Shown: positions 10,746 through 20,444 of the stretch, in pieces
Layout of the letters: each line of letters starts with the position of its first letter
Numbering within the stretch: the stretch's first letter is position 1
Origin: Alphaproteobacteria bacterium
Lineage (GTDB): Bacteria > Pseudomonadota > Alphaproteobacteria > UBA8317
DNA: 30,489 bases
Assembly (NCBI GenBank): GCA_038131935.1
Contig: JAYPQH010000036.1
Coordinates: forward strand, 1-30,489
Direction: 5' to 3'
Made by a program: the position numbers and the translations under genes
The notes under the pieces: generated by a model
The model's database searches: none
Told to the model about the DNA's origin: nothing
Seen by the model: the letters and a program-made list of their open reading frames with translations, nothing else

Positions 10746-11861
10746 ATGAAGCCACTTGCTTATGGCTGTCACGAAGAAGGTATTCGATCCAGATTCGTAC
10801 CCAACAACAATGGATTGCTTGTTCATGTCCTGGAGGCTGGGCCAGGATGTGACAAAGCACCCGTTGTGCTACTTTTACATGGCTTCCCTGAGCTTGCTTA
10901 TAGTTGGCGTCATATCATGAGAACTTTGGCACAACAGGGGTTTCATGTGCTGGCTCCAGATCAACGTGGGTATGGACGTACAGAAGGATGGGATCCAAGA
11001 TTTGAAGCTGACTTATCTCAATACTCAGCTTTAAACCTAGTTCATGACATTTTAGGAATGTTGGACCATTTGAATATTTCCCATTTGCGGGCGGTTATAG
11101 GCCATGATTTTGGTGCAATGGTAGCAGGTTGGTTTGCGCTTCTGCGACCAGATATGTGTGACGCGGCAATGGTTCTGAGTGCGCCATTCACTGGGGCGCC
11201 GCGGCGTCCATCAGCAGATCTTGATCAGGCTTTAGAGGATTTGGCCAATCTCGAACGTCCGCGTAAGCACTATCAATGGTATTATGCCACGGCTCGTGCC
11301 AACCGTGATATGTCATCTCCTCCCCAGGGTTTAGGCGCGTTTTTGAGAGCGTATTACCACCATAAAAGCGCTGATTGGGTTCAGAATAAGCCTCATCCTC
11401 TAAGATCTTGGTCTGCCCAAGAACTTGAAAAATTACCCACCTACTATGTGATGGATCTCCATGAAACCATGCCGGAAACTGTGGCGTGGGAGATGCCAAA
11501 TGAAGATGAAATTAAGAAACAAGCTTGGTTTGATGAAACTGTTCTTCAGGTATATGTTGGGGAATACCGACGGAATGGTTTCCAAGGTGGTTTGCATTGG
11601 TATGGCGCAAGGATTCATGGTTCTGCACGTAAAGATTTGCAAGTTTTTTATGGACATAAAATTACCATACCTTTCACATTTCTGGCAGGGGCATCCGATT
11701 GGGGATATCAGCAAATTCCAGGTGGCTTAGAAGCAATGCAGTCGTTATGCACAAAGTTTCGTGGCATAAAGTTAATTGAAGGAGCTGGTCATTGGGTACA
11801 ACAAGAAAAGCCAAATGAGGTTGGGCAACATATTCTTGAAATGCTTGCCGAATGTACCTAA
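10746..11861 (+). CDS. Alpha/beta hydrolase, soluble epoxide hydrolase family
   Basis: HGFPELAYSWRH, PDQRGYG, GHDFG (Asp nucleophile) and GAGHWVQQE motifs; alternative TTG start at 10725. Confidence 0.9.
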   Translation: MKPLAYGCHEEGIRSRFVPNNNGLLVHVLEAGPGCDKAPVVLLLHGFPELAYSWRHIMRTLAQQGFHVLAPDQRGYGRTEGWDPRFEADLSQYSALNLVHDILGMLDHLNISHLRAVIGHDFGAMVAGWFALLRPDMCDAAMVLSAPFTGAPRRPSADLDQALEDLANLERPRKHYQWYYATARANRDMSSPPQGLGAFLRAYYHHKSADWVQNKPHPLRSWSAQELEKLPTYYVMDLHETMPETVAWEMPNEDEIKKQAWFDETVLQVYVGEYRRNGFQGGLHWYGARIHGSARKDLQVFYGHKITIPFTFLAGASDWGYQQIPGGLEAMQSLCTKFRGIKLIEGAGHWVQQEKPNEVGQHILEMLAECT

Positions 11862-11920
11862 GACATGACAAGTTTTGTTTCGCAAACTTTTAATTTTTGG
11901 CTTCAGGAGGCTGATAAGTA

Positions 11921-12448
11921 ATGAATGTGCAGAAAACCGTCGATGAAAAACGCATGCCTTACCAGTTACCGTTTCCTCCAGATGCATTACCAGAAATCAT
12001 AGTAAATGATGCTATTCCTGAAGACGAGCGTATTTGGGTGCCACAGGCAGAAAATGTTTCTTTTCGTCCTTTATGTCTGAACCGCTCCCAAGGATATTGG
12101 ATGAATCTTCTGCGGGTGAGAAAGTCAGGTGTGCTCTCTAGGCACCGACATCCACAGGCAGTACATGGATTTGTGTTAAAGGGTCGTTGGCATTACTTGG
12201 AGCATGATTGGGAGGCAAAGCCAGGTGGCTATGTCTACGAATCTCCCGGTGAAACCCATACGCTTGTTGTTCCGGAAGATGTTGAGGAAATGATCACATT
12301 TTTCCAAGTAAATGGCGTTATGATTTATGTCGACCCTTACGGCAATGTCACCGGTTATGAGGACGTTTTCAGCAAAATTGACATGTGCCGTGCACATTAC
12401 GAGCAGGTTGGATTGGGTGCTGATTACGTAGATCAATTCATTCGTTGA
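11921..12448 (+). CDS. 2,4'-dihydroxyacetophenone dioxygenase (DAD) family cupin
   Basis: HRHPQAVHGFVLKGRWHYLEHDW...YVYESPGETHTL cupin motif; AGGAGG SD upstream. Confidence 0.85.
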   Translation: MNVQKTVDEKRMPYQLPFPPDALPEIIVNDAIPEDERIWVPQAENVSFRPLCLNRSQGYWMNLLRVRKSGVLSRHRHPQAVHGFVLKGRWHYLEHDWEAKPGGYVYESPGETHTLVVPEDVEEMITFFQVNGVMIYVDPYGNVTGYEDVFSKIDMCRAHYEQVGLGADYVDQFIR

Positions 12449-12500
12449 GCCCGACCAAAACACGAACAAGGTCTGAGACGGGCTCGAAAACCAAATACAA

Positions 12501-13311
12501 TCATACGAATGAAACATTTGCCCCTGGCAGACCCAGGCCTGAGATTGTCGTGTGCCAGCTTTGTCCTGCTCTTACACCAAATGCATCTGTGAGTGTACCT
12601 GTCGTAACCACCGAACCATTCCCCAAGGGAGCGCGTAATTCTGCTGGTTGACTTTCTAATACCTGGAGGAGGTAGCGCAAGGCGTGAATGGGGCCTTCAC
12701 CAACAATATTACAAGCTGCCCTCAGCACGGGTACCATCAGATCCTTCCAAGGTAATTGTAAAATTCTTTAGCTCTTTAGCCAGATTGTGTATTTTGCGGG
12801 CATCAATTTCTTGCCATTCCCCTAAGATGAGGCGGCCATGTAGGCCTCCTGCAGCAACAGCCTCAGGAAGGGTGAACTGCCAGCCTGTAAAGGGTGACTG
12901 CACAATTTCAAAGCCATGTGCATAATGAGAAATACACTGTAGCATTTCCTCATCATCCATTGAGGACAACGGGCATTCTCTCAACATAAACATGATTTCA
13001 GGTTCAATCCTAGGTTCGCTAAGTCCATCAAGGTTCACAGCGTCCCCTGAGGGTAAAATCGTGCCATCATACATGCGTCCCCACATGGGTGCATCCACGC
13101 CATATAATGGCCAGATTGCAGTATTGGTAAAGCCTATTTTGATGCCTGTAATTTGCTCACCTCTTGTAACGCGGATTTGAGCAACCTCAGCAGCTGTTTC
13201 ATAGCCCTCTTGCATGGCGAATTCGCCAAATTGTCCTTTTGTCCATTGTGCTGAAGTATCCCATGAAGAGAGCATCGCTTGGGTAAGGTTTTGTGCCATT
13301 TGTTCGGTCAT
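12501..13311 (-). CDS. 2-keto-4-pentenoate hydratase / FAH superfamily protein; frameshift near 12720
   Basis: GIKIGFTN, EPRIEPEI, GFEIVQS and VTTGTLTDAF motifs; ORFs 12709-13362 and 12501-12737 join; AGGAG SD before ATG 13311. Confidence 0.85.
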
Positions 13312-13384
13312 ATGTTTTCTCCTGAAAGATATGTTTGATGGGCCTGCAAAATTGCTTTTCAACAGAACTTCCTTGGAAAAATAT

Positions 13385-14266
13385 TCATGTCAAAAGCAGA
13401 ACAATGATGCCTAATGTTACCAAAATAATTCCTATAACTTCTCTTTTATGTGTTTGCTCATGGAAGAACAATATCGATGCAATGAATGTAAAAAGCAGTT
13501 CAATTTGTCCCAAGGCTCTTACATACGCGACGTTTTGTATGGTCATCGCCGTAAACCATCCAGCCGATGCCAAAGCACCAGATGCACCCACCAATGAGGC
13601 AATTTTCCATGATGCAAATGTGCGTTTGATTTGCTCTGGCTCCCGCCATATCAAAAAGATGAGCATCGCAATGGTTTGCATGCACAACACAATGACCAAG
13701 GTGGTTGCCGCCTGGATGATAAATGATTCATGAATGAGGCTAGTTGACGCGGCACGATAAGCGACGGCTGATAAGCCGAAAAGCCCCCCAGATGCCAATC
13801 CATAGATCATGGTTGGGATGGCCGATCGCTCCAACGTAGGTGGCTTTCCTAATAGAATGACCCCTACCAAACTCATCCCAATGCCCATTATGGCTCCGGT
13901 AGATAGTTGATCATTGAGCATGATAAATCCAAACAATGCCGCTTGCACCGTTTCTGTTTTGGACAACGCTGTTCCTACAGCAAAATTTCGAAAGCTGAAA
14001 ATATGCAGCAAACATGCCGTTGCAACTATTTGTGCAGCACCACCTATCGCCGCCCAGATCAAGAATGTTTGATGAAGGGATGGGAGGGAGCTGTTGGTAT
14101 ACAAAAGAATGAAGAGCAAATAAGCCGTGGCGAAGGGAAGTCCAAAGCCGAACCTTACGAATGTTGCTGCGGTGTTTGATAATTTGGCCTTAAGATGTTT
14201 TTGGAGTGCTGACCTAATGTTTTGTGAAAAAGCGGCCATGATCGTGATGGGAATCCATAAATCCAC
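13385..14266 (-). CDS. DMT/EamA family transporter
   Basis: About 10 hydrophobic segments; RSALQKHL, RNFAVGTALSKTE and AYVRALGQIEL motifs. Confidence 0.9.
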   Translation of the reverse strand: MDLWIPITIMAAFSQNIRSALQKHLKAKLSNTAATFVRFGFGLPFATAYLLFILLYTNSSLPSLHQTFLIWAAIGGAAQIVATACLLHIFSFRNFAVGTALSKTETVQAALFGFIMLNDQLSTGAIMGIGMSLVGVILLGKPPTLERSAIPTMIYGLASGGLFGLSAVAYRAASTSLIHESFIIQAATTLVIVLCMQTIAMLIFLIWREPEQIKRTFASWKIASLVGASGALASAGWFTAMTIQNVAYVRALGQIELLFTFIASILFFHEQTHKREVIGIILVTLGIIVLLLT

Positions 14267-14364
14267 AGAACGTCTCCAAAATGAGTTGATGAAGAAAAAA
14301 AGGCTTGCAGAGTGTGAGTTTGGCGTTAATTACTTCAGCTGTCTATGCAAATGAGGGGAATACC

Positions 14365-16692
14365 ATGAATATCCAAATATCACAGCGGAATAGTTCGGAA
14401 ATTCGTAAAGAGGATGACCGATTGCTCCGTGGGGTAGGTAAGTTTTCAGGTGATTATCAATATGAAGGTCAGCTTTATGCAGTGGTCATACGCTCAACCG
14501 TGGCGCATGCGCGTATTGTGCATATGGACCTTGACGCTGTGCGTGATGCACAGGGCGTGCAGATTGTATGGACCCATGAGGACATTACCGCACGTGGGGC
14601 GGGAGATATGCCCAATATCGTAAGCTTTAAGGATGTGAATGGTGAAGAGCAGCGTGTGAATGAACAGCCTGTTCTCGCGCGGGATAAAGTTTTTTACGTA
14701 GGTCAGCCTGTTGCCGTGGTCATTGCATCAACAAGGCAGCAAGCGTCAGATGCGGCGGAGCTAGCTTTCATTGAATATGAAGAATTTGATGCTGTGGTCG
14801 ATGTTTTAAAAGCGGGGGATGCCTTATCTGTTCAGTTGCATGACAATGCCCCAAATAATCTTTCATTACATTTTAGTTCCGGTGATGAGCAAAAAGTGTC
14901 TGAAGCATTTGACCAGGCACGTTATGTAAGCAAATTGGTCGTAAATTCTCAACGTTTGATGGGTGTGCCAATGGAGCCCCGGACAGTGGTTGCCCGACAT
15001 GATTTAGAAACAGGGATATCCACATTGCATGCCCCGAATCAAGGATTGCAGGCATCCAAAGCCAATTTGGCGAAGATTTCGGGTGTTCCTATCGAACAAT
15101 TGCATGTTGAATGTAACGATGTAGGTGGTTCTTTTGGGATCCGCAGCTCTTTGTATCCAGAGCATATCATATGCCTTCTTGCTGCTAGGGAGTTAAATTT
15201 GCCTGTCCGTTGGGTAGGGTCCCGGTCAGAAAGTTTTATGAGCGATGTACATGGGCGTGGCATTGTTCTTGAGGGGAATGTGGCCATTGATGAAAACGGA
15301 AAAATTCTTGCGATACGCTTTTCTAACACAGTAGATATCGGTGCATTCAACTATGCCATGAGCACACATATCGGTGCACGGAATTTGTCTTTAACCTTTG
15401 GGGGGGTTTATCAAGTTCCGCATCTTTTTATGGAGTCGCGCCTTTATTACACAAATATGACGCCGATGTCTCCTTATAGAGGTGCTGGGCGTCCAGATAT
15501 TGCTTATGCCATCGAGCGGTTGATAGACCATACCTGTCGTGAACATGGGTTTGATCCAGTAGCGTTCCGAAGAAACAATTTTATCCCAACAGATGCATTT
15601 CCCTATACCACGGCAAATGGAACAATTTACGACTTATGCCGTAGTGAAGAGTTGATGAACAGAGCCCTGGAACTTGGACAGTGGGAAGGGTTTGAAACCC
15701 GGAGAGCCGAAGCGCGTAGGCGTGGTAAATTACGAGGACTTGGATTTTCGACTTTTCTGGAGGCGTCAGGACCCGGTGGGGCACCTTGTGATCAAGTTTT
15801 GGGATATTTTTCACATGGTCGTCTGCAATTGCGTGGTGTTACAGGACCATCTGGTCAGGGACACGAAACAACATATGCGTTGGTTGTTGAGCAAGAATTA
15901 GGCATACCGGCATCGATTGTTGACTATCAGCCAGGTAACCCACCTGTTGCATTGACTGGGAATGCTACGGGTGGATCACGGTCTGCATATGGTCTTGGTA
16001 GTGCCATTAAAGATCTCGCGCAGCGTATGATGGATGATGCATGCCCTTTTGCAGCCGACCTTCTTGGCGTGTCTGTTCAAGATGTGCGCGCAGAGGGCGG
16101 TGTCTTTTTTGATATGTCCGGAGACGGTACAAGTCGGGTAACCTTGCATGATATCGTTGAACGATTTGGACGCGATCAAGAAGACTTTCTGAAACAGGTT
16201 GGGGAAGCATCGTCCTTTGCAACCTTTCCGAATGGATGCCATATTGCTGAGCTTGAGATTGATCCAGAAACAGGCATCACAGAGGTGATTGCTTACCATG
16301 CTGTTGACGACATAGGTCGGGTCATTTCTCCAGTTATGGTTCGTGGTCAGGTTCATGGAGGCGTTCTTCAAGGGTGGGGGCAAGCTTTCTGCGAACAAGT
16401 GGTTTATGATGATCATGGCCAGCTGTTGACAGGTTCATTTATGGATTATGCCATGCCAAGAGCGGATGCCATGGTCGAGCCTCTAAATGTAACTGTAGAA
16501 GTGGTAACCGAGCTTAATAAACTTGGCTCAAAAGGAATTGGGGAATCTGGTTGTACGGGGTCCCTTCCGGCATTTGCCAATGCAATGATTGATGCCCTTA
16601 GCCCCTTTGGTGTGCGGGCCCTGGATATGCCCTTTACCCCTCAAAAGGTTTGGCAAACTATCCAGGACCATGCTGGTAACAATGCTAACTAA
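14365..16692 (+). CDS. Xanthine dehydrogenase family molybdopterin-binding subunit (CoxL form II-like)
   Basis: RKEDDRLLRG, MEPR, VGGSFG, PYRGAGRP, GQGHET, GQVHGG, SFMDYAMPRA and KGIGESG motifs. Confidence 0.92.
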   Translation: MNIQISQRNSSEIRKEDDRLLRGVGKFSGDYQYEGQLYAVVIRSTVAHARIVHMDLDAVRDAQGVQIVWTHEDITARGAGDMPNIVSFKDVNGEEQRVNEQPVLARDKVFYVGQPVAVVIASTRQQASDAAELAFIEYEEFDAVVDVLKAGDALSVQLHDNAPNNLSLHFSSGDEQKVSEAFDQARYVSKLVVNSQRLMGVPMEPRTVVARHDLETGISTLHAPNQGLQASKANLAKISGVPIEQLHVECNDVGGSFGIRSSLYPEHIICLLAARELNLPVRWVGSRSESFMSDVHGRGIVLEGNVAIDENGKILAIRFSNTVDIGAFNYAMSTHIGARNLSLTFGGVYQVPHLFMESRLYYTNMTPMSPYRGAGRPDIAYAIERLIDHTCREHGFDPVAFRRNNFIPTDAFPYTTANGTIYDLCRSEELMNRALELGQWEGFETRRAEARRRGKLRGLGFSTFLEASGPGGAPCDQVLGYFSHGRLQLRGVTGPSGQGHETTYALVVEQELGIPASIVDYQPGNPPVALTGNATGGSRSAYGLGSAIKDLAQRMMDDACPFAADLLGVSVQDVRAEGGVFFDMSGDGTSRVTLHDIVERFGRDQEDFLKQVGEASSFATFPNGCHIAELEIDPETGITEVIAYHAVDDIGRVISPVMVRGQVHGGVLQGWGQAFCEQVVYDDHGQLLTGSFMDYAMPRADAMVEPLNVTVEVVTELNKLGSKGIGESGCTGSLPAFANAMIDALSPFGVRALDMPFTPQKVWQTIQDHAGNNAN

Positions 16693-16704
16693 ACCAGCGC
16701 GGGC

Positions 16705-17626
16705 TTAAAATTGTGCTTCCCGCGCCCTAACAACTGCGCATAACGCGTCGCTGTAGGGTGTGGGTATGCCATGCTGGCGTCCTAGGTAAGGTATCATGCC
16801 GTTAATGGCATCAATTTCTGAGGGGCGTCTGGCCAAATGGTCAAGTCTCATGCTTGGATTTGCGTTGGGCATTGTTTCAGCGAAAGCTGTTACGTAGGCA
16901 ACAGCATCATCAAAGGAAAAATTAACACCCAATTTTTTACCTATAGCAAAGCCTTCCAGCATACCTCCAACAGCAACATTCCAGCGTTCTTCATTATTTC
17001 TAAGCTCCCCCTGTGTTGCATTCAAAGACGGTACAAGGCGCACTTAATGTGCAATTGCAAAGGAATTTTTCCCAAATTAATTGTTCGATGTCATCAAATG
17101 CTTTGGCTTTGAAACCCGCTGATGCCCAAGCTTTTTCAAGTGCTTGCAGACGTGGTGTCATCCCACTGGTGATCTCGCCAATACGAATTTGTCTCATGGC
17201 ATTATGATGTGCATGACCTGGTCCTTTCAAAGAAGCACCAAATCCCTCAGCTACACCGAGAAGAACATTGCTGGTATCCATATGCTGAGCAATGCGGTCA
17301 GCAGCGCCCAGCCCGTTTTGAATGGTGAGCACCAAACCTTCACTCCCCATGACTTCTGAGATGTTTTTGGCTGCAGGGCCAACACCAGATGCTTTGGTTG
17401 CCAAAACATAGAGGTCACATTGTCCTACATCTGCAATATCTGTTGTCGCACGGATGCCTGAGACAACACGATCACCGCTGGCCCCTTCCAACGTAAGCCC
17501 TTTTTGGTTGATTGCATCGACATGGTCTTTCCAAATGTCAACAGCCCACACCTCGTGACCTGCTTCAGCAAAAAGTGCTGCATAGACACATCCCATAGCC
17601 CCCGTTCCCACAATAGCGATTTTCAT
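16705..17626 (-). CDS. Ketopantoate reductase (PanE/ApbA) family protein; frameshift near 17008
   Basis: GTGAMG, IQNGLG, IWEKF, SMRLD and SEIDAING motifs. Removing one G from GGGGG joins ORFs 17000-17626 and 16705-17043. Confidence 0.88.
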
Positions 17627-17764
17627 GGATATTCCCCTCTGACAAAATAGTGATGAAGCATGGAAGGCAAAAATACCCAGCTTGTCAAATAAGTATCTTC
17701 ACAGCAGGCGGATAATGGTAAAATATAAAACGAACAGCAATTCACCTTGTTATTGGGTTACGGC

Positions 17765-20170
17765 ATGAGAAAAACAATAGAACAATCAGAATATTTAAAG
17801 GATGTGGAGCAGCGGCTTTTGTGGTTGTCACACTGGATGATACATCATGCCAATCACATTCGGCCCAAGAAAGATGATATTAAGGTAGGAGGGCATCAAG
17901 CCTCCTCTGCATCCATGGTCTCCATTATGACAGCGCTTTATTTCTCGGTGCTACGGCCTGAAGATCGTGTGGCTGTTAAGCCGCATGCCTCACCTATTTT
18001 CCATGCTATGCAATATCTTATGGGCCGAATTAATGTCGAAAAATTATTGAATTTTCGCGGATATGGCGGTGTGCAATCTTACCCATCTCGGACCAAAGAT
18101 GTCGATGATGTGGATTTTTCAACAGGTTCTGTAGGCCTTGGTGTCGCTGTGACCTGCTTTGCGTCTATCATGCAAGATTATATTCATGCCCGAGCAGGAA
18201 AAAATGGCTGGTCAGACGATATGAAAATTGGTCGGATGATAGCATTGATGGGAGATGCGGAGCTTGACGAAGGAAATGTCTACGAAGCGCTTCAAGAGGG
18301 TTGGAAACACAATTTACGTAACTGTTGGTGGGTTATTGATTACAATCGGCAATCCTTAGATGGAATTGTACATGAGGGGTTATGGGAGCGAGCAGAGGGT
18401 GTTTTTGAAGCATTTGGTTGGCGTGTCGTCCGCATAAAATATGGGGTGCTGCAACAAGCTGCATTTTTGGAACCTGGTGGTGATAAATTACGTCAGTGGA
18501 TCGATAATTGTCCTAATGAGGATTACTCGGCTCTTACCTTCATGGGAGGAGCTGTATGGCGCGAGCGGCTTTTAGATGACTTAGGGGATCAATCAGATTA
18601 TTCAGCTTTGTTGGCGCGCCGAAGTGATCAAGAACTTGCCAATTTGATGGAAAATCTTGGTGGCAATTGTGTTGCAACTCTGGCAGAACAATTTGCTCAA
18701 ATTGAAGGTGAACAGCCTGTATGTTTTCTTGCTTATACTGTTAAGGGATGGGGAACGCCTATCGCTGGACATAAAGATAACCATGGCGGCCTCATGACAA
18801 CCCAACAGATGCAGTCATGGCAGAAACATATGAATGTTCCTAGCGGACAGGAATGGGATCGGTTCGCAACAATAAAAGACGTACCATCATTTGCATCCTA
18901 TCTAGAAAATATTCCTTTTTTTCAGGATAAAGAGCGAAGACGCCAGGATGCAATTATCCCCGTGCCAGATATCAAGGCGCCAACAGATAGTGAAATATCT
19001 ACACAAATAGCCTTTGGAAAAATCCTCGATCAACTCGCTCGAGATGGAACGTCCATTGCTGAGCGTATTATGACGACATCACCAGATGTAACAGGCACAA
19101 CGTCATTGGGGCCGTTTGTAAACAGGCGTAGGCTTTTTGCGCGAAAGCCCAAAAAAGATTTGTTCAAGGCTCGGAATATCCCTTCAACGGCAAAGTGGGA
19201 ATTCGCACCGGAAGGGCAGCATATTGAATTAGGTATTGCTGAGATGAATTTGTTTTTGCTTTTGGCTGCTGCAGGTCTTTCTCATCAATTATTCGGTCAA
19301 CGCGTGCTGCCTATTGGTACCGTCTATGATCCATTCGTGCTAAGGGGGTTAGACGCTCTAAACTATGCTTGTTATCAAGACGCACGGTTTTTGCTCGTAG
19401 GTACACCATCGGGTGTCACTCTAGCTCCCGAAGGCGGCGCCCATCAATCTATCGCCACACCTTTGGTGGGAATAAGTCAGGATGGCCTTGCAGCTTTTGA
19501 GCCGGCATTTTCTGATGAGCTAGCGATCATCATGCAATGGTCATTTGATTATATGCAACGAGATGGAGATGACGCCCTAGATCCTCGAACCTGGTTGAGG
19601 GACAAGACGGGTGGATCCGTATACCTCAGGTTGACCACAGCTCCGCTCGAACAACCTAAGAGAGAATCTGGCGCACTTTTTGCTCAAGATGTCATTGATG
19701 GTGGGTATTGGTTGCGTAAACCTGGGCCCAATTGTCCGCTGGTCATTGTTTATCAAGGCTGTATTGCTCAAGAAGCTATTGCCGCAGCTGGGCTTGCGGG
19801 TGAGTATTTCCGAGATGTTGGGGTGCTTGCGGTGACGTCAGCGGATAGATTGAATGCGGGATGGTCAGCCGCTCAAAAGGCTCGCGCGAATGGGGTGGAA
19901 CAAGTATCCTGCCATGTGGAAACTTTACTCCAAGATGTTCCCCAGCATGCAACACTCATCACAGTGATCGATGGTCATCCAGCAACGTTGGCTTGGATAG
20001 GCGGAGTGTTCGGTCATAGGGTGTTGGCACATGGGGTAGAACATTTTGGGCAGACGGGAAGTATTCAAGATCTTTACAAACATTTTGGGATAGATCGCTA
20101 CAGCTTACTTCAGTCAGCACGGGCTAGTATGCGACCACGTTCTCAAAATGTAATGTTACACTCAGCTTAA
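17765..20170 (+). CDS. AceE-like ThDP-dependent 2-oxoacid dehydrogenase E1 / transketolase-like protein
   Basis: KVGGHQASSAS, QSYPSR, FSTGSVGLG, GDAELDEG...DYNRQSLD, ELGIAEMN and EGGAHQS motifs. Confidence 0.9.
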   Translation: MRKTIEQSEYLKDVEQRLLWLSHWMIHHANHIRPKKDDIKVGGHQASSASMVSIMTALYFSVLRPEDRVAVKPHASPIFHAMQYLMGRINVEKLLNFRGYGGVQSYPSRTKDVDDVDFSTGSVGLGVAVTCFASIMQDYIHARAGKNGWSDDMKIGRMIALMGDAELDEGNVYEALQEGWKHNLRNCWWVIDYNRQSLDGIVHEGLWERAEGVFEAFGWRVVRIKYGVLQQAAFLEPGGDKLRQWIDNCPNEDYSALTFMGGAVWRERLLDDLGDQSDYSALLARRSDQELANLMENLGGNCVATLAEQFAQIEGEQPVCFLAYTVKGWGTPIAGHKDNHGGLMTTQQMQSWQKHMNVPSGQEWDRFATIKDVPSFASYLENIPFFQDKERRRQDAIIPVPDIKAPTDSEISTQIAFGKILDQLARDGTSIAERIMTTSPDVTGTTSLGPFVNRRRLFARKPKKDLFKARNIPSTAKWEFAPEGQHIELGIAEMNLFLLLAAAGLSHQLFGQRVLPIGTVYDPFVLRGLDALNYACYQDARFLLVGTPSGVTLAPEGGAHQSIATPLVGISQDGLAAFEPAFSDELAIIMQWSFDYMQRDGDDALDPRTWLRDKTGGSVYLRLTTAPLEQPKRESGALFAQDVIDGGYWLRKPGPNCPLVIVYQGCIAQEAIAAAGLAGEYFRDVGVLAVTSADRLNAGWSAAQKARANGVEQVSCHVETLLQDVPQHATLITVIDGHPATLAWIGGVFGHRVLAHGVEHFGQTGSIQDLYKHFGIDRYSLLQSARASMRPRSQNVMLHSA

Positions 20171-20256
20171 GTTGATCATTGAACGTAAAAATAACTTATA
20201 GAACCGCACAACAAGCTCCTGATTTTTAGGCGGTGCTGTTTTGTTGGTAGATACAT

Positions 20257-20357
20257 AAGGTTAATAAAGTTTATGGCTTGATGTTGGGGAGACAAATCAC
20301 TGGCATCTATGTGAGAAAGTCTCCTCGATATCCAAGCACAAGGAAAGATTGCACCTT
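20257..20357 (+). ncRNA. Candidate structured RNA: long rod-like hairpin in convergent intergenic region
   Basis: 18-bp stem 20276-20293/20319-20337, inner TCAC/GTGA stem, and outer 9-bp stem 20257-20265/20348-20357. All four non-Watson-Crick pairs are G-U on the + strand. Confidence 0.4.
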
Positions 20358-20444
20358 TAACAACCATTCCTTCAATCGCTGTAATGGTAGCGCTCAATGA
20401 TATCCCTTTAGCACATCTAGCCTTTGTTTGCTCTACCAGACTTG

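Noticed and set aside
11870-11898. Possible intrinsic terminator after the epoxide hydrolase (AAGTTT...AAACTT plus T-run)
   Set aside because: The stem is AT-rich and too weak to call.
14365-16692. Aerobic CO dehydrogenase (coxL form I)
   Set aside because: It lacks the Cys-containing AYxCSFR loop and the coxMS and accessory genes.
20257-20365. Hairpin as an integron attC site, SAM-II riboswitch, SRP RNA or canonical 6S RNA
   Set aside because: The RYYYAAC...GTTRRRY order is wrong and there is no integrase. GTGATTTG lacks the SAM-II CGCTAAA pseudoknot partner. The SRP motif is absent. It is too short for 6S and lacks the zapA / 5-FTHF cyclo-ligase context.
20176-20397. 73-aa ORF on the - strand in the intergenic gap
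   Set aside because: TTG start, no recognisable motif, and it overlaps the strong RNA-like hairpin; probably spurious.
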